From assembly GCF_044704955.1 (NCBI RefSeq), contig NC_091987.1:133114001-133178000 (forward strand): 64,000 nucleotides of DNA, in the 5' to 3' direction. Shown here in pieces: positions 32,427 through 45,100 of this stretch. The notes below the pieces were generated by a model. The model worked only from the letters and a program-made list of their open reading frames with translations, did no database searches and was not told the origin of the DNA. This stretch comes from Pristiophorus japonicus (taxonomy: Eukaryota). The first letter of the stretch is position 1, and the number at the start of each line of letters is the position of its first letter. Both the position numbers and the translations under genes were made by a program.

Positions 32427-35400
32427 GAGGTGTTGCTTAACCTGGAAGCCAATGTAAGTCAGTGAGCACAGGGGTGATGGATGAACATGACTTGGTGCGA
32501 GTTAGGAAATGGCAGCCGCGTTTTGGATCACTTCAAGTTTATGTAAGGTAGAATGTGGCAGGCCAGCCAGGAGTGCATTGGAAAAGTCGGTCTAGAGGTA
32601 ACAAAGGCATGGATGAGGGCTTTAGCAGTGGATGAGCTGAGGCAAGGGTGGAGACGAGCGATGTTACGGAGGTGGAAATAGGCGGTCTTAGTTATGAGGT
32701 CGAAAGCCCATTTCAGAATCAAATATGACACCAAGGTTGCGAACAGTCTGGTTCAGACTCAGACAAAAGTTGGGGAGAGGGATTGAGTCAGTGGCTAGGG
32801 AATGGAGAGGGATTGAGTCAGTGGCTAGGGAATGGAGTTTGTGGCTGGGACTGAAAACAATGGCTTCGGTCATCCCAAAATTCAATTGGAGAAAATTTCT
32901 GCTCATCCACGGACAAGCAGTCTGACAATTTAGAGACCGTGGAGGGATCGAGAGAAGTGGTGGTGAGGTAGAGCTGGGTGTCATCAGCATACATGTGGAA
33001 ACTGACGCTGTGTTTTCAGATGATGTCGCCAAAGGGCAACATGTAGATGAGAAATAAGAGGGGGCAAAGGATAGATCCTTGGGGGGACACCAGAGGTAAC
33101 GATGCGGGAAGAGAAGCTGTTGCAGGTGATTCTCTGGTTATGATTAGATAGATAAGAATGGAACCAAGCGAGTGCAGTCCCACCCAGCTGGACGATGGTG
33201 GAGAGGTGTTGGAGAAGGATAGAGTGGTCAACCGTGTCAAAGGCTGCAGACAAGTTAAGAAGGGCGAGGAGGGATAGTTTGCCTTTGTCACAGTCACAAA
33301 GGATGTCATTTATGACTTTGATGGGAGCCGTTTCGGTACTGTGGCAGACGCGGAAACCAGATTAGAGGGATTCAAATATGGAATTGCAGGAAAGATGGGC
33401 ACAGATTTGGGAGGTGACAACATGTTCAAGGACTTTGGAGAGGAAAGGGAGGTTGGAGATGTGGCGGTAGTTTGCAAGGATGGAGGAGTCGAGGGTTGTT
33501 TTTTTTGAGGAGAGGTGATGACAGCAGATTTGAGAAAGAGGGGGACAGTACCTGAGGAGAGAGAACCGTTAACAATGTTGGCTAACATGGGAGCCAGAAA
33601 AGGAAGTTGGGTGGTCAGCAGTTTGGTGGGAATAGGGTCAAGGAGCAGGAAGTGGGTCTCATGGACAGGATGAGCTTGGAAAGATCATGAGGGGAGATTG
33701 GAGAGAAACTGGAGAAAGATGTGAGGTCAGGGCTAGGGCAGGGGGCTTCCTTAGAGGAAGTTTGGCCCGGTGGGCTAGGGGAAGGAAGAGACGAGGTAGA
33801 GGCGGCCAAATGGATGGTCTCCATCTTAGAGAGAAAGAGGTCCATGAGCTCCTCACACTGTCGGAGGTGAGGGTGGAGACTGTGGAGACAGGTTTAAAAA
33901 GACGGTTAGCCATGGAGAATAGAAGCCGGGGTTTATCTTTACAACCAGAATGAGCGATTTTGGCATATGTGGCCCAGCCAGATCTGGCAGTGAATGGCTA
34001 AATCAATTGTCCACCTTATCCATTCAAGTCTGCATCCCTTGGACTTAACGGAGTGAAGATCAGGACTATACTAGGGGGAACGGCCAGGGTGAGCGAGAGT
34101 AATAGGGACTAGGTGGTGGTGAGGGTGTGATTGAGCAGATCGGTAGCTGCAGAGATGTCATAGTGAATGGAGGGCCAAAGGCTGGACAGTTGGGAGTTCA
34201 TAAGTGCAGTTGTAAGAGAGTCAGGAGAGAGTTTTTTCCAGGGGCAGACACAGAAGGAATTAGGGTTGGGGGTGGGTCAAAGGGGGATGTGGTTGGAGAG
34301 CGATACGAGGATGAGAAGTTGTCTGGTGCAGAGGCAGAGGGAGGAAAGTAGTGAAGAAAAATCGTTAATAACATTTTTATAGTGCTTGGGTGGGTGGTAA
34401 TGAGAATTTTAAATGAGAGTTGAGAGGGGTGGAATAAGATGAGATGCTCAAAGGAGGAGAAAGTGCTGGAGGAGTAGGGGGACAGACCAAGGTACGATTT
34501 AGTGATAAGAACCACACTGCCACCACGGAGGTCTGAGTGGTGCAAGTGGTGGAAGGTATAGCCAGGTGGGGAGGCTTCGTTTAAGGATAAGGTGTCATCG
34601 CTCCTCAACCAGGTTTCCATCACGGCCATGATGTCGATGCCATCATCCACGATAAGCTCATGGATGGGAAGGACCTTGATCGCAAGTGAACGGACGTTCT
34701 AGAGGGAGATGTGGAGACACTGCCCCTTTGCCTGCATCCACAGGGTCAGCCCTGGGGGGGAATGAGTTGAACGGGGAGGAGATTGGCCAGATTAGCCCCC
34801 AGTGGGCATGCTGGGCGGGAAGGTCGGCGAGAGAGTAGGTTGGGACAGTTGGGGTTGCTGCTCATGAGGCAGTGACGAGTGTCTTGATGGGCTCTTCGTA
34901 GAATGCCAAGAGAGACACAGAGGGAAGCTGCGGGCTTATCTCAGAGGGAGTCAAGCCTGAGACGGCGGCAGGAGAGTAGGAAGGTTGAAGAGTAATGAAG
35001 GATGGGGTAATGATTTGGGAGGGCAGAGTATCCGAGAGAGGAGAGATGAAAGGAGGCATGACAACAGGAGACAACGGTCTGGGAGGGACAGAGAGAAAGA
35101 GGGAAGGGGGCAAAGTGAAAAAGTATTGAATGGCTCGGGTCCGGAGCGGCAGCCAAAGTGTGCACGCGGATGGACAGGGTAAAAGCACAGGTTACATAGG
35201 CCTCTTTAAATGTAGTAGTTAATGGGATACAATAGTGTGGAGACCAAGGTCAAAGTCAGAGATCCCATGGAAGGACGAAGTCGACATGAACAGGATGGGC
35301 CAGCACGGAGCATCGACGAACCGCTGTCCGAAGCAGGCGAATGAAGTCCAGCAGCTATTTGAAATGTAGCGAGATCAAGGCTGCGCTATAGGAAGGAGGT

Positions 35401-36107
35401 TCGGTGGCGGTGCAGAAAAATGATGACACATTGACACAAGTTTGTGGACCGCAGTAAATCACCGTAAAAACTGCAGCCAGCGATTAGCAACGTTGAAAAC
35501 TGGTAGAGCAGTGAACCGGCAGTTGCTCGCAGAGGGTCAGCAGAGCTCAAAAACCAGAAGAACGAGTTCAGCAGAGACACAGCCGCGCCTAAAAGGAAAA
35601 ATTATTTTTGCAGCAGAGATGGAGGAGCAGAAGATAGTCTTACGGTATAATCCAATGTAGTCCAGTGCAGAAACATAGTAGGGTAATCCAGTGTAGTTCA
35701 AAGCAGAAATGTAGTCGAGCGAAGTCCAGAAGATCGGAAACCAATTAGACAGAAGAATTCAGAGCGAAGACTTGAAGTGACTGAAGCAGAGCAAAGCCAC
35801 AGCCAATGAATCAATGTAGTCGGTGAAGCAACAAAGTCCTGTTCACGAGTGAAGGAAATCAAGTTTCTTCAGCCTATGCAAGCACCGAGGCAAAGAACAA
35901 AAGGATTGGGTGATACTGGCGAAGGATGGGCAGTGGGCCCTGCAGACATTGAACTTGGAGCTTGTAGCTTTAAACTTGCAGGTTTGCAAGGAGTGGAAGA
36001 CAATAGATTTGGGGTACAAGAGCAGAGGATGGCCATAGATGACCACAGATACAGTTGAGCAGGTCAGAGAGCAGTTTCTACCCCAGGAGCCATTTTGACT
36101 CAACAAC

Positions 36108-39100
36108 CTTCACCATAATGCATGCAGTTTCATCAGTATCACCTTCACTAGTATCACCTTCACCAGTTTCACCTTTACCAGTTTCACCTTCACCAGTATC
36201 ACATTCAGCAGTATCGCCTTCACCAGTATCACCTTCGCCAGTTTCACCTTCACCAGCTTCACCTTCACCTTCACCAGTTTCACCTTCACCAGTTTCACCT
36301 TCACCAGTATCACCTTCACCAGTTTCACCTTCACCTTCACCAGTTTCACCTTCACCTTCACCAGTATCACCTTCACCAGTATCACCTTCACCAGTTTCAC
36401 ATTCACCTTCACCAGTATCATCTTCACCAGTATCACCTTAACCAGTTTCACCTTCACCTTCACCAGTATCACCTTCACCAGTTTCACCTTCAATAGTATC
36501 ACCTTCACCACTTTCACCTTCACCTTCACCAGTATCACCTTCACCAGTTTCACCTTCACCATCACCAGTATCATCTTCACCAGTTTCACCTTCACCAGTA
36601 TCACCTTCACCAGTTTTACCTTCACCAGTATTACCTTCACCAGTATCATCTTCACCAGTTTCACCTTCACCAGATTCACCTTCACCAGTATCACCTTCAC
36701 CTTCACCAGTTTCCCCTTCACCAGTTTCACCTTCACCTTCACCAGTATCACCTTCACCAGTTTCACCTTCACCAGTTTCACCTTCACCTTCACCAGTATC
36801 ACCTTCACCTTCACCAGTGTCACCTTCATCAGTTTCACCTTCACCATCACCAGTTTCACCTTCACCAGTATCACCTTCACCAGTTTCACCCTCACCTTCA
36901 CCAGTATCACCTTTACCAGTTTCACCTTCACCTTCACCAGTTTCACCTTCACCTTCATCAGTATCACCTTCACCATCACCAGTATCACCTTCACCAGTTT
37001 CACCTTCACCAGTATCACCTTCACCAGTATCACCTTCAACTTCACCAGTATCACCTTCACCAGTTTCACCTTCACCTTCACCAGTTTCACCTTCAGCAGT
37101 TTCACCTTCACCTTCACCAGTTTCACCTTCACCTTCACCAGTATCACCTTCACCAGTATCACCTTTACCAGTATCACCTTTACCAGTTTCATCTTCACCT
37201 TCACCAGTATCACCTTCACCAGTATCACATTCACCTTCACCAGTTTCACCTTCACCTTCACCAGTATCACCTTCACCAGTATCACCTTCACCTTCACCAG
37301 TTTCACCTTCACCTTCACCAATATCACCTTCACCAGTATCACCTTCACCTTCACCAGTATCACCTTCAACTTCACCAGTATCACCTTCACCAGTATCAAC
37401 TTCACCAGTTTCACCTTCACCAACACCAGTATCACCTTCACCAATATCACCTTCACCTTCATCAGTATCACCTTCACCTTCACCAATATCACCTTCACCA
37501 GTATCACCTTCACCTTCACCAGTATCACCTTCACCAGTTTCACCTTCACCTTCACCAGTATCACCTTCACCAGTATCACCTTCACCTTCACCATTATCAC
37601 CTTCACCAGTTTCACCTTCACCTTTACCGGTATCACCTTCACCAGTATCACCTGCACCTTCACCAGTATCACCTTCACCAGTATCACCTTCACCAGTTTC
37701 ACCTTCACCTTCACCAGTTAAACCTTCACCTTCACCAGTATCACCTTCACCAGTATCACATTCATCAGTTTCACCTTCACATGCACCAGTATTACCTTCA
37801 CCAGTTTCACCTTCACCTGCACCAGTATCACCTTCACCAGCATCACCTTCACCTTCACCAGTATCACCTTCACCTTCACCAGTATCACCTTCACCAGTAT
37901 CACCTTCATCAGTTGCACACCTTCACCAGTTTCACCTTCACCTTCACCATTATCACTTTCACCAGTATCACCTTCACCTTCACCAGTATCACCTTCACCA
38001 GTCTCACCTTCACCAGTTTCACCATCACCTTCACCAGTTTCACCTTCATCTTCACCAGTATCACCTTCACCAGTATCACCTTCACCAGTTTCACCTTCAC
38101 CTTCACCAGTATCACCTTCACCAGTTTCACATTCACCAATTTCACCTTCACCTTCACCAGTTTCAGCTTCACCTTCACCAGTATCACCTTCACCAGTATC
38201 AGCTTCACCTTCACCAGTATCACCTTCACTTTCACCAGTATTACCTTCACCATTATCACATTCACCAGTTTCACCTTCACCTTCACCAGTATCACCTTCA
38301 CCAGTATTAACTTCACCTGTATCACCTTCACCAGTATCACATTCACCAGTTTCACCTTCACCTTCACCAGTTTCACCTTCACCAGTTTCACCTTCACCTT
38401 CACCAGTATCACCTTCACCAGCTTCACCTTCACCTTCACTAGTATCACCTTCACCTTCACGAGTATCACCTTCACCAGTATCACCTTCACCGACACCAGT
38501 TTCACCTTCACCAGTATCACCTTCATCAGTTTCGCCTTCACCTTCACCAGTTTCACCTTCACCTTCACCAGTATTACCTTCACCAGTATCATCTTCACCA
38601 GTTTCACCTTCACCAGATTCACCTTCACCAGTATCACCTTCACCTTCACCAGTTTCCCCTTCACCAGTTTCACCTTCACCTTCACCAGTATCACCTTCAC
38701 CAGTTTCACCTTCACCAGTTTCACCTTCACCTTCACCAGTATCACCTTCACCTTCACCAGTGTCACCTTCATCAGTTTCACCTTCACCATCACCAGTTTC
38801 ACCTTCACCAGTATCACCTTCACCAGTTTCACCCTCACCTTCACCAGTATCACCTTTACCAGTTTCACCTTCACCTTCACCAGTTTCACCTTCACCTTCA
38901 TCAGTATCACCTTCACCATCACCAGTATCACCTTCACCAGTTTCACCTTCACCAGTATCACCTTCACCAGTATCACCTTCAACTTCACCAGTATCACCTT
39001 CACCAGTTTCACCTTCACCTTCACCAGTTTCACCTTCAGCAGTTTCACCTTCACCTTCACCAGTTTCACCTTCACCTTCACCAGTATCACCTTCACCAGT

Positions 39101-42100
39101 ATCACCTTTACCAGTATCACCTTTACCAGTTTCATCTTCACCTTCACCAGTATCACCTTCACCAGTATCACATTCACCTTCACCAGTTTCACCTTCACCT
39201 TCACCAGTATCACCTTCACCAGTATCACCTTCACCTTCACCAGTTTCACCTTCACCTTCACCAATATCACCTTCACCAGTATCACCTTCACCTTCACCAG
39301 TATCACCTTCAACTTCACCAGTATCACCTTCACCAGTATCAACTTCACCAGTTTCACCTTCACCAACACCAGTATCACCTTCACCAATATCACCTTCACC
39401 TTCATCAGTATCACCTTCACCTTCACCAATATCACCTTCACCAGTATCACCTTCACCTTCACCAGTATCACCTTCACCAGTTTCACCTTCACCTTCACCA
39501 GTATCACCTTCACCAGTATCACCTTCACCTTCACCATTATCACCTTCACCAGTTTCACCTTCACCTTTACCGGTATCACCTTCACCAGTATCACCTGCAC
39601 CTTCACCAGTATCACCTTCACCAGTATCACCTTCACCAGTTTCACCTTCACCTTCACCAGTTAAACCTTCACCTTCACCAGTATCACCTTCACCAGTATT
39701 AACTTCACCTGTATCACCTTCACCAGTATCACATTCATCAGTTTCACCTTCACATGCACCAGTATTACCTTCACCAGTTTCACCTTCACCTGCACCAGTA
39801 TCACCTTCACCAGCATCACCTTCACCTTCACCAGTATCACCTTCACCTTCACCAGTATCACCTTCACCAGTATCACCTTCATCAGTTGCACACCTTCACC
39901 AGTTTCACCTTCACCTTCACCATTATCACTTTCACCAGTATCACCTTCACCTTCACCAGTATCACCTTCACCAGTCTCACCTTCACCAGTTTCACCATCA
40001 CCTTCACCAGTTTCACCTTCATCTTCACCAGTATCACCTTAACCAGTATCACCTTCACCAGTTTCACCTTCACCTTCACCAGTATCACCTTCACCAGTTT
40101 CACATTCACCAATTTCACCTTCACCTTCACCAGTTTCAGCTTCACCTTCACCAGTATCACCTTCACCAGTATCAGCTTCACCTTCACCAGTATCACCTTC
40201 ACTTTCACCAGTATTACCTTCACCATTATCACATTCACCAGTTTCACCTTCACCTTCACCAGTATCACCTTCACCAGTATTAACTTCACCTGTATCACCT
40301 TCACCAGTATCACATTCACCAGTTTCACCTTCACCTTCACCAGTTTCACCTTCACCAGTTTCACCTTCACCTTCACCAGTATCACCTTCACCAGCTTCAC
40401 CTTCACCTTCACTAGTATCACCTTCACCTTCACGAGTATCACCTTCACCAGTATCACCTTCACCGACACCAGTTTCACCTTCACCAGTATCACCTTCATC
40501 AGTTTCGCCTTCACCTTCACCAGTTTCACCTTCACCTTCACCAGTATCACCTTCACCAGTATCACCTTCACCAGTTTCACCTTCACCTTCACCAGTTTCA
40601 CCTTCATCTTCACCAGTATTACCTTCACCAGTATCACCTTCACCAGTTTCACCATCACCTTCACCAGTATCACCTACACCAGTATCACCTTCACCAGTTT
40701 CACCTTCACCTTCACCAGTATCACCTTCACCTTCACCAGTTTCAACTTCACCTTCACCAGTTTCACCTTCATCTTCACCAGTATCACCTTCACCAGTTTC
40801 ACCTTCACCAGATTCACCTTCACAAGTATCACCTTCATCAGTTTCACCTTCACCTTCACCAGTATCACCTTCACCAGTATCACCTTCACCTTCACCAGTT
40901 TCACCTTCATCTTCACCAGTATCACCTTCACCAGTATCACCTTCACCAGTTTCACCTTCACCAGTATCACCTTCATCAGTTTCACCATCACCTTCACCAG
41001 TATCACCTTCACCAGTATCACCTTCACCTTCACCAGTTTCACCTTCACCTTCACCAGTATCACCTTCACCAGTATCACCTTCACCTACACCAGTTTCACC
41101 TTCACCAGTATCACCTTCACCAGTTTCACCTTCACCTTCACCAGTTGCACCTTCACCTTCACCAGTATCACCTTCACCAGTTTCACCTTCACCAGTTTCA
41201 CCTTCACCTTCACCAGTATCACCTTAACCAGTTTCACCTTCACCTTCACCAGTATCACCTTCACCAGTTTCACCTTCAATAGTATCACCTTCACCACTTT
41301 CACCTTCACCTTCACCAGTATCACCTTCACCAGTTTCACCTTCACCATCACCAGTATCATCTTCACCAGTTTCACCTTCACCAGTATCACCTTCACCAGT
41401 ATCACCTTCACCAGTTTCACCTTCACCAGTATTACCTTCACCAGTATCATCTTCACCAGTTTCACCTTCACCAGATTCACCTTCACCAGTATCACCTTCA
41501 CCTTCACCAGTTTCCCCTTCACCAGTTTCACCTTCACCTTCACCAGTATCACCTTCACCAGTTTCACCTTCACCAGTTTCACCTTCACCTTCACCAGTAT
41601 CACCTTCACCTTCACCAGTGTCACCTTCATCAGTTTCACCTTCACCATCACCAGTTTCACCTTCACCAGTATCACCTTCACCAGTTTCACCCTCACCTTC
41701 ACCAGTATCACCTTTACCAGTTTCACCTTCACCTTCACCAGTATCACCTTCACCTTCATCAGTATCACCTTCACCATCACCAGTATCACCTTCACCAGTT
41801 TCACCTTCACCAGTATCACCTTCACCAGTATCACCTTCAACTTCACCAGTATCACCTTCACCAGTTTCACCTTCACCTTCACCAGTTTCACCTTCAGCAG
41901 TTTCACCTTCACCTTCACCAGTTTCACCTTCACCTTCACCAGTATCACCTTCACCAGTATCACCTTTACCAGTATCACCTTTACCAGTTTCATCTTCACC
42001 TTCACCAGTATCACCTTCACCAGTATCACATTCACCTTCACCAGTTTCACCTTCACCTTCACCAGTTTCACCTTCACTAGTATCACGTTCACCAGTTTCA

Positions 42101-45100
42101 CCTTTACCTTCACCAGTAGCACCTTCACCAGTAATACCTTCACCTTCACCAGTATCACCTTCACCAGCATCACCTTCACCTTCACCAGTTTCACCTTCAC
42201 CTTCACCAATATCACCTTCACCAGTATCACCTTCACCTTCACCAGTATCACCTTCACCTTCACCAGTATCACCTTCACCAGTATCAACTTCACCAGTTTC
42301 ACCTTCACCTTCACCAATATCACCTTCACCAATATCACCTTCACCTTCATCAGTATCACCTTCACCAGTATCACCTTCACCAGTTTCACCTTCACCTTCA
42401 CCAGTATCACCTTCACCAGTATCACCTTCACCTTCACCATTATCACCTTCACCAGTTTCACCTTCACCTTTACCGGTATCACCTTCACCAGTATCACCTT
42501 CACCATCACCAGTATCACCTTCACCAGTTTCACCTTCACCAGTATCACCTTCACCAGTATCACCTTCAACTTCACCAGTATCACCTTCACCAGTTTCACC
42601 TTCACCTTCACCAGTTTCACCTTCAGCAGTTTCACCTTCACCTTCACCAGTTTCACCTTCACCTTCACCAGTATCACCTTCACCAGTATCACCTTTACCA
42701 GTATCACCTTTACCAGTTTCATCTTCACCTTCACCAGTATCACCTTCACCAGTATCACATTCACCTTCACCAGTATCACCTTCACCAGTAATACCTTCAC
42801 CTTCACCAGTATCACCTTCACCAGTATCAACTTCACCTTCACCAGTTTCACCTTCACCTTCACCAATATCACCTTCACCAGTATCACCTTCACCTTCACC
42901 AGTATCACCTTCACCTTCACCAGTATCACCTTCACCAGTATCAACTTCACCAGTTTCACCTTCACCAACACCAGTATCACCTTCACCAATATCACCTTCA
43001 CCTTCATCAGTATCACCTTCACCTTCACCAATATCACCTTCACCAGTATCACCTTCACCTTCACCATTATCACCTTCACCAGTATCACCTTCACCAGTTT
43101 CACCTTCACCTTCACCAGTATCACCTTCACCAGTATCACCTTCACCTTCACCATTATCACCTTCACCAGTTTCACCTTCACCTTTACCGGTATCACCTTC
43201 ACCAGTATCACCTGCACCTTCACCAGTATCACCTTCACCAGTATCACCTTCACCAGTTTCACCTTCACCTTCACCAGTTAAACCTTCACCTTCACCAGTA
43301 TCACCTTCACCAGTATTAACTTCACCTGTATCACCTTCACCAGTATCACATTCACCAGTTTCACCTTCACCTTCACCAGTATTACCTTCACCAGTTTCAC
43401 CTTCACCTGCACCAGTATCACCTTCACCAGCATCACCTTCACCTTCACCAGTATCACCTTCACCTTCACCAGTATCACCTTCACCAGTATCACCTTCATC
43501 AGTTGCACACCTTCACCAGTTTCACCTTCACCTTCACCATTATCACTTTCACCAGTATCACCTTCACCTTCACCAGTATCACCTTCACCAGTCTCACCTT
43601 CACCAGTTTCACCATCACCTTCACCAGTTTCACCTTCATCTTCACCAGTATCACCTTCACCAGTATCACCTTCACCAGTTTCACCTTCACCTTCACCAGT
43701 ATCACCTTCACCAGTTTCACCTTCACCAATTTCACCTTCACCTTCACCAGTTTCAGCTTCACCTTCACCAGTATCACCTTCACCAGTATCAGCTTCACCT
43801 TCACCAGTATCACCTTCACTTTCACCAGTATTACCTTCACCAGTATTACCTTCACCATTATCACATTCACCAGTTTCACTTTCACCTTCACCAGTATCAC
43901 CTTCACCAGTATTAACTTCACCTGTATCACCTTCACCAGTATCACATTCACCAGTTTCACCTTCACCTTCACCAGTTTCACCTTCACCAGTTACACCTTC
44001 ACCTTCACCAGTATCACCTTCACCAGCTTCACCTTCACCTTCACTAGTATCACCTTCACCTTCACGAGTATCACCTTCACCAGTATCACCTTCACCTACA
44101 CCAGTTTCACCTTCACCAGTATCACCTTCACCAGTTTCGCCTTCACCTTCACCAGATTCACCTTCACCTTCACAAGTATCACCTTCACCAGTATCACCTT
44201 CACCAGTTTCACCTTCACCTTCACCAGTTTCACCTTCACCTTCACCAGTATCACCTTCACCAGTATCACCTTTACCAGTATCACCTTTACCAGTTTCATC
44301 TTCACCTTCACCAGTATCACCTTCACCAGTATCACATTCACCTTCACCAGTTTCACCTTCACCTTCACCAGTTTCACCTTCACTAGTATCACGTTCACCA
44401 GTTTCACCTTTACCTTCACCAGTAATACCTTCACCTTCACCAGTATCACCTTCACCAGTATCACCTTCACCTTCACCAGTTTCACCTTCACCTTCACCAA
44501 TATCACCTTCACCAGTATCACCTTCACCTTCACCAGTATCACCTTCACCAGTATCAACTTCACCAGTTTCACCTTCACCAATATCACCTTCACCTTCATC
44601 AGTATCACCTTCACCTTCACCAATATCACCTTCACCAGTATCACCTTCACCTTCACCAGTATCACCTTCACCAGTATCACCTTCAGCAGTTTCACCTTCA
44701 CCTTCACCAGTATCACCTTCACCAGTATCACCTTCACCTTCACCATTATCACCTTCACCAGTTTCACCTTCACCTTTACCGGTATCACCTTCACCAGTAT
44801 CAGCTGCACCTTCACCAGTATCACCTTCACCAGTATCACCTTCACCTGTTTCACCTTCACCTTCACCAGTTAAACCTTCACCTTCACCAGTATCACCTTC
44901 ACCAGTATTAACTTCACCTGTATCACCTTCACCAGTATCACATTCACCAGTTTCACCTTCACCTTCACCAGTATTACCTTCACCAGTTTCACCTTCACCT
45001 GCACCAGTATCACCTTCACCAGCATCACCTTCACCTTCACCAGTATCACCTTCACCTTCACCATTATCACCTTCACCAGTATCACCTTCATCAGTGGCAC

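Larger units (their letters stand above)
3574..36099 (-). mobile_element. Degraded, probably near-full-length L2-clade LINE (segments ~3574-3696, ~4266-4580, 32427-36099) split by nested insertions
   Basis: 3' tail reads (AAC)n-TTGTATTTATATAGCGCC on plus. Frameshifted APE remnants (DIMAVMETW, ~34200-34700) and RT remnants (SAAFDTVDH, GVP, YADD near 32985) are present. Sequence is continuous across the Gypsy A TSD. Candidate TSD TCAACAAC at 3566-3573 and 36100-36107. Confidence 0.75.

Noticed and set aside
32775-32838. 30-bp tandem duplication within the L2 RT remnant
   Set aside because: An ordinary local slippage duplication in a dead element.
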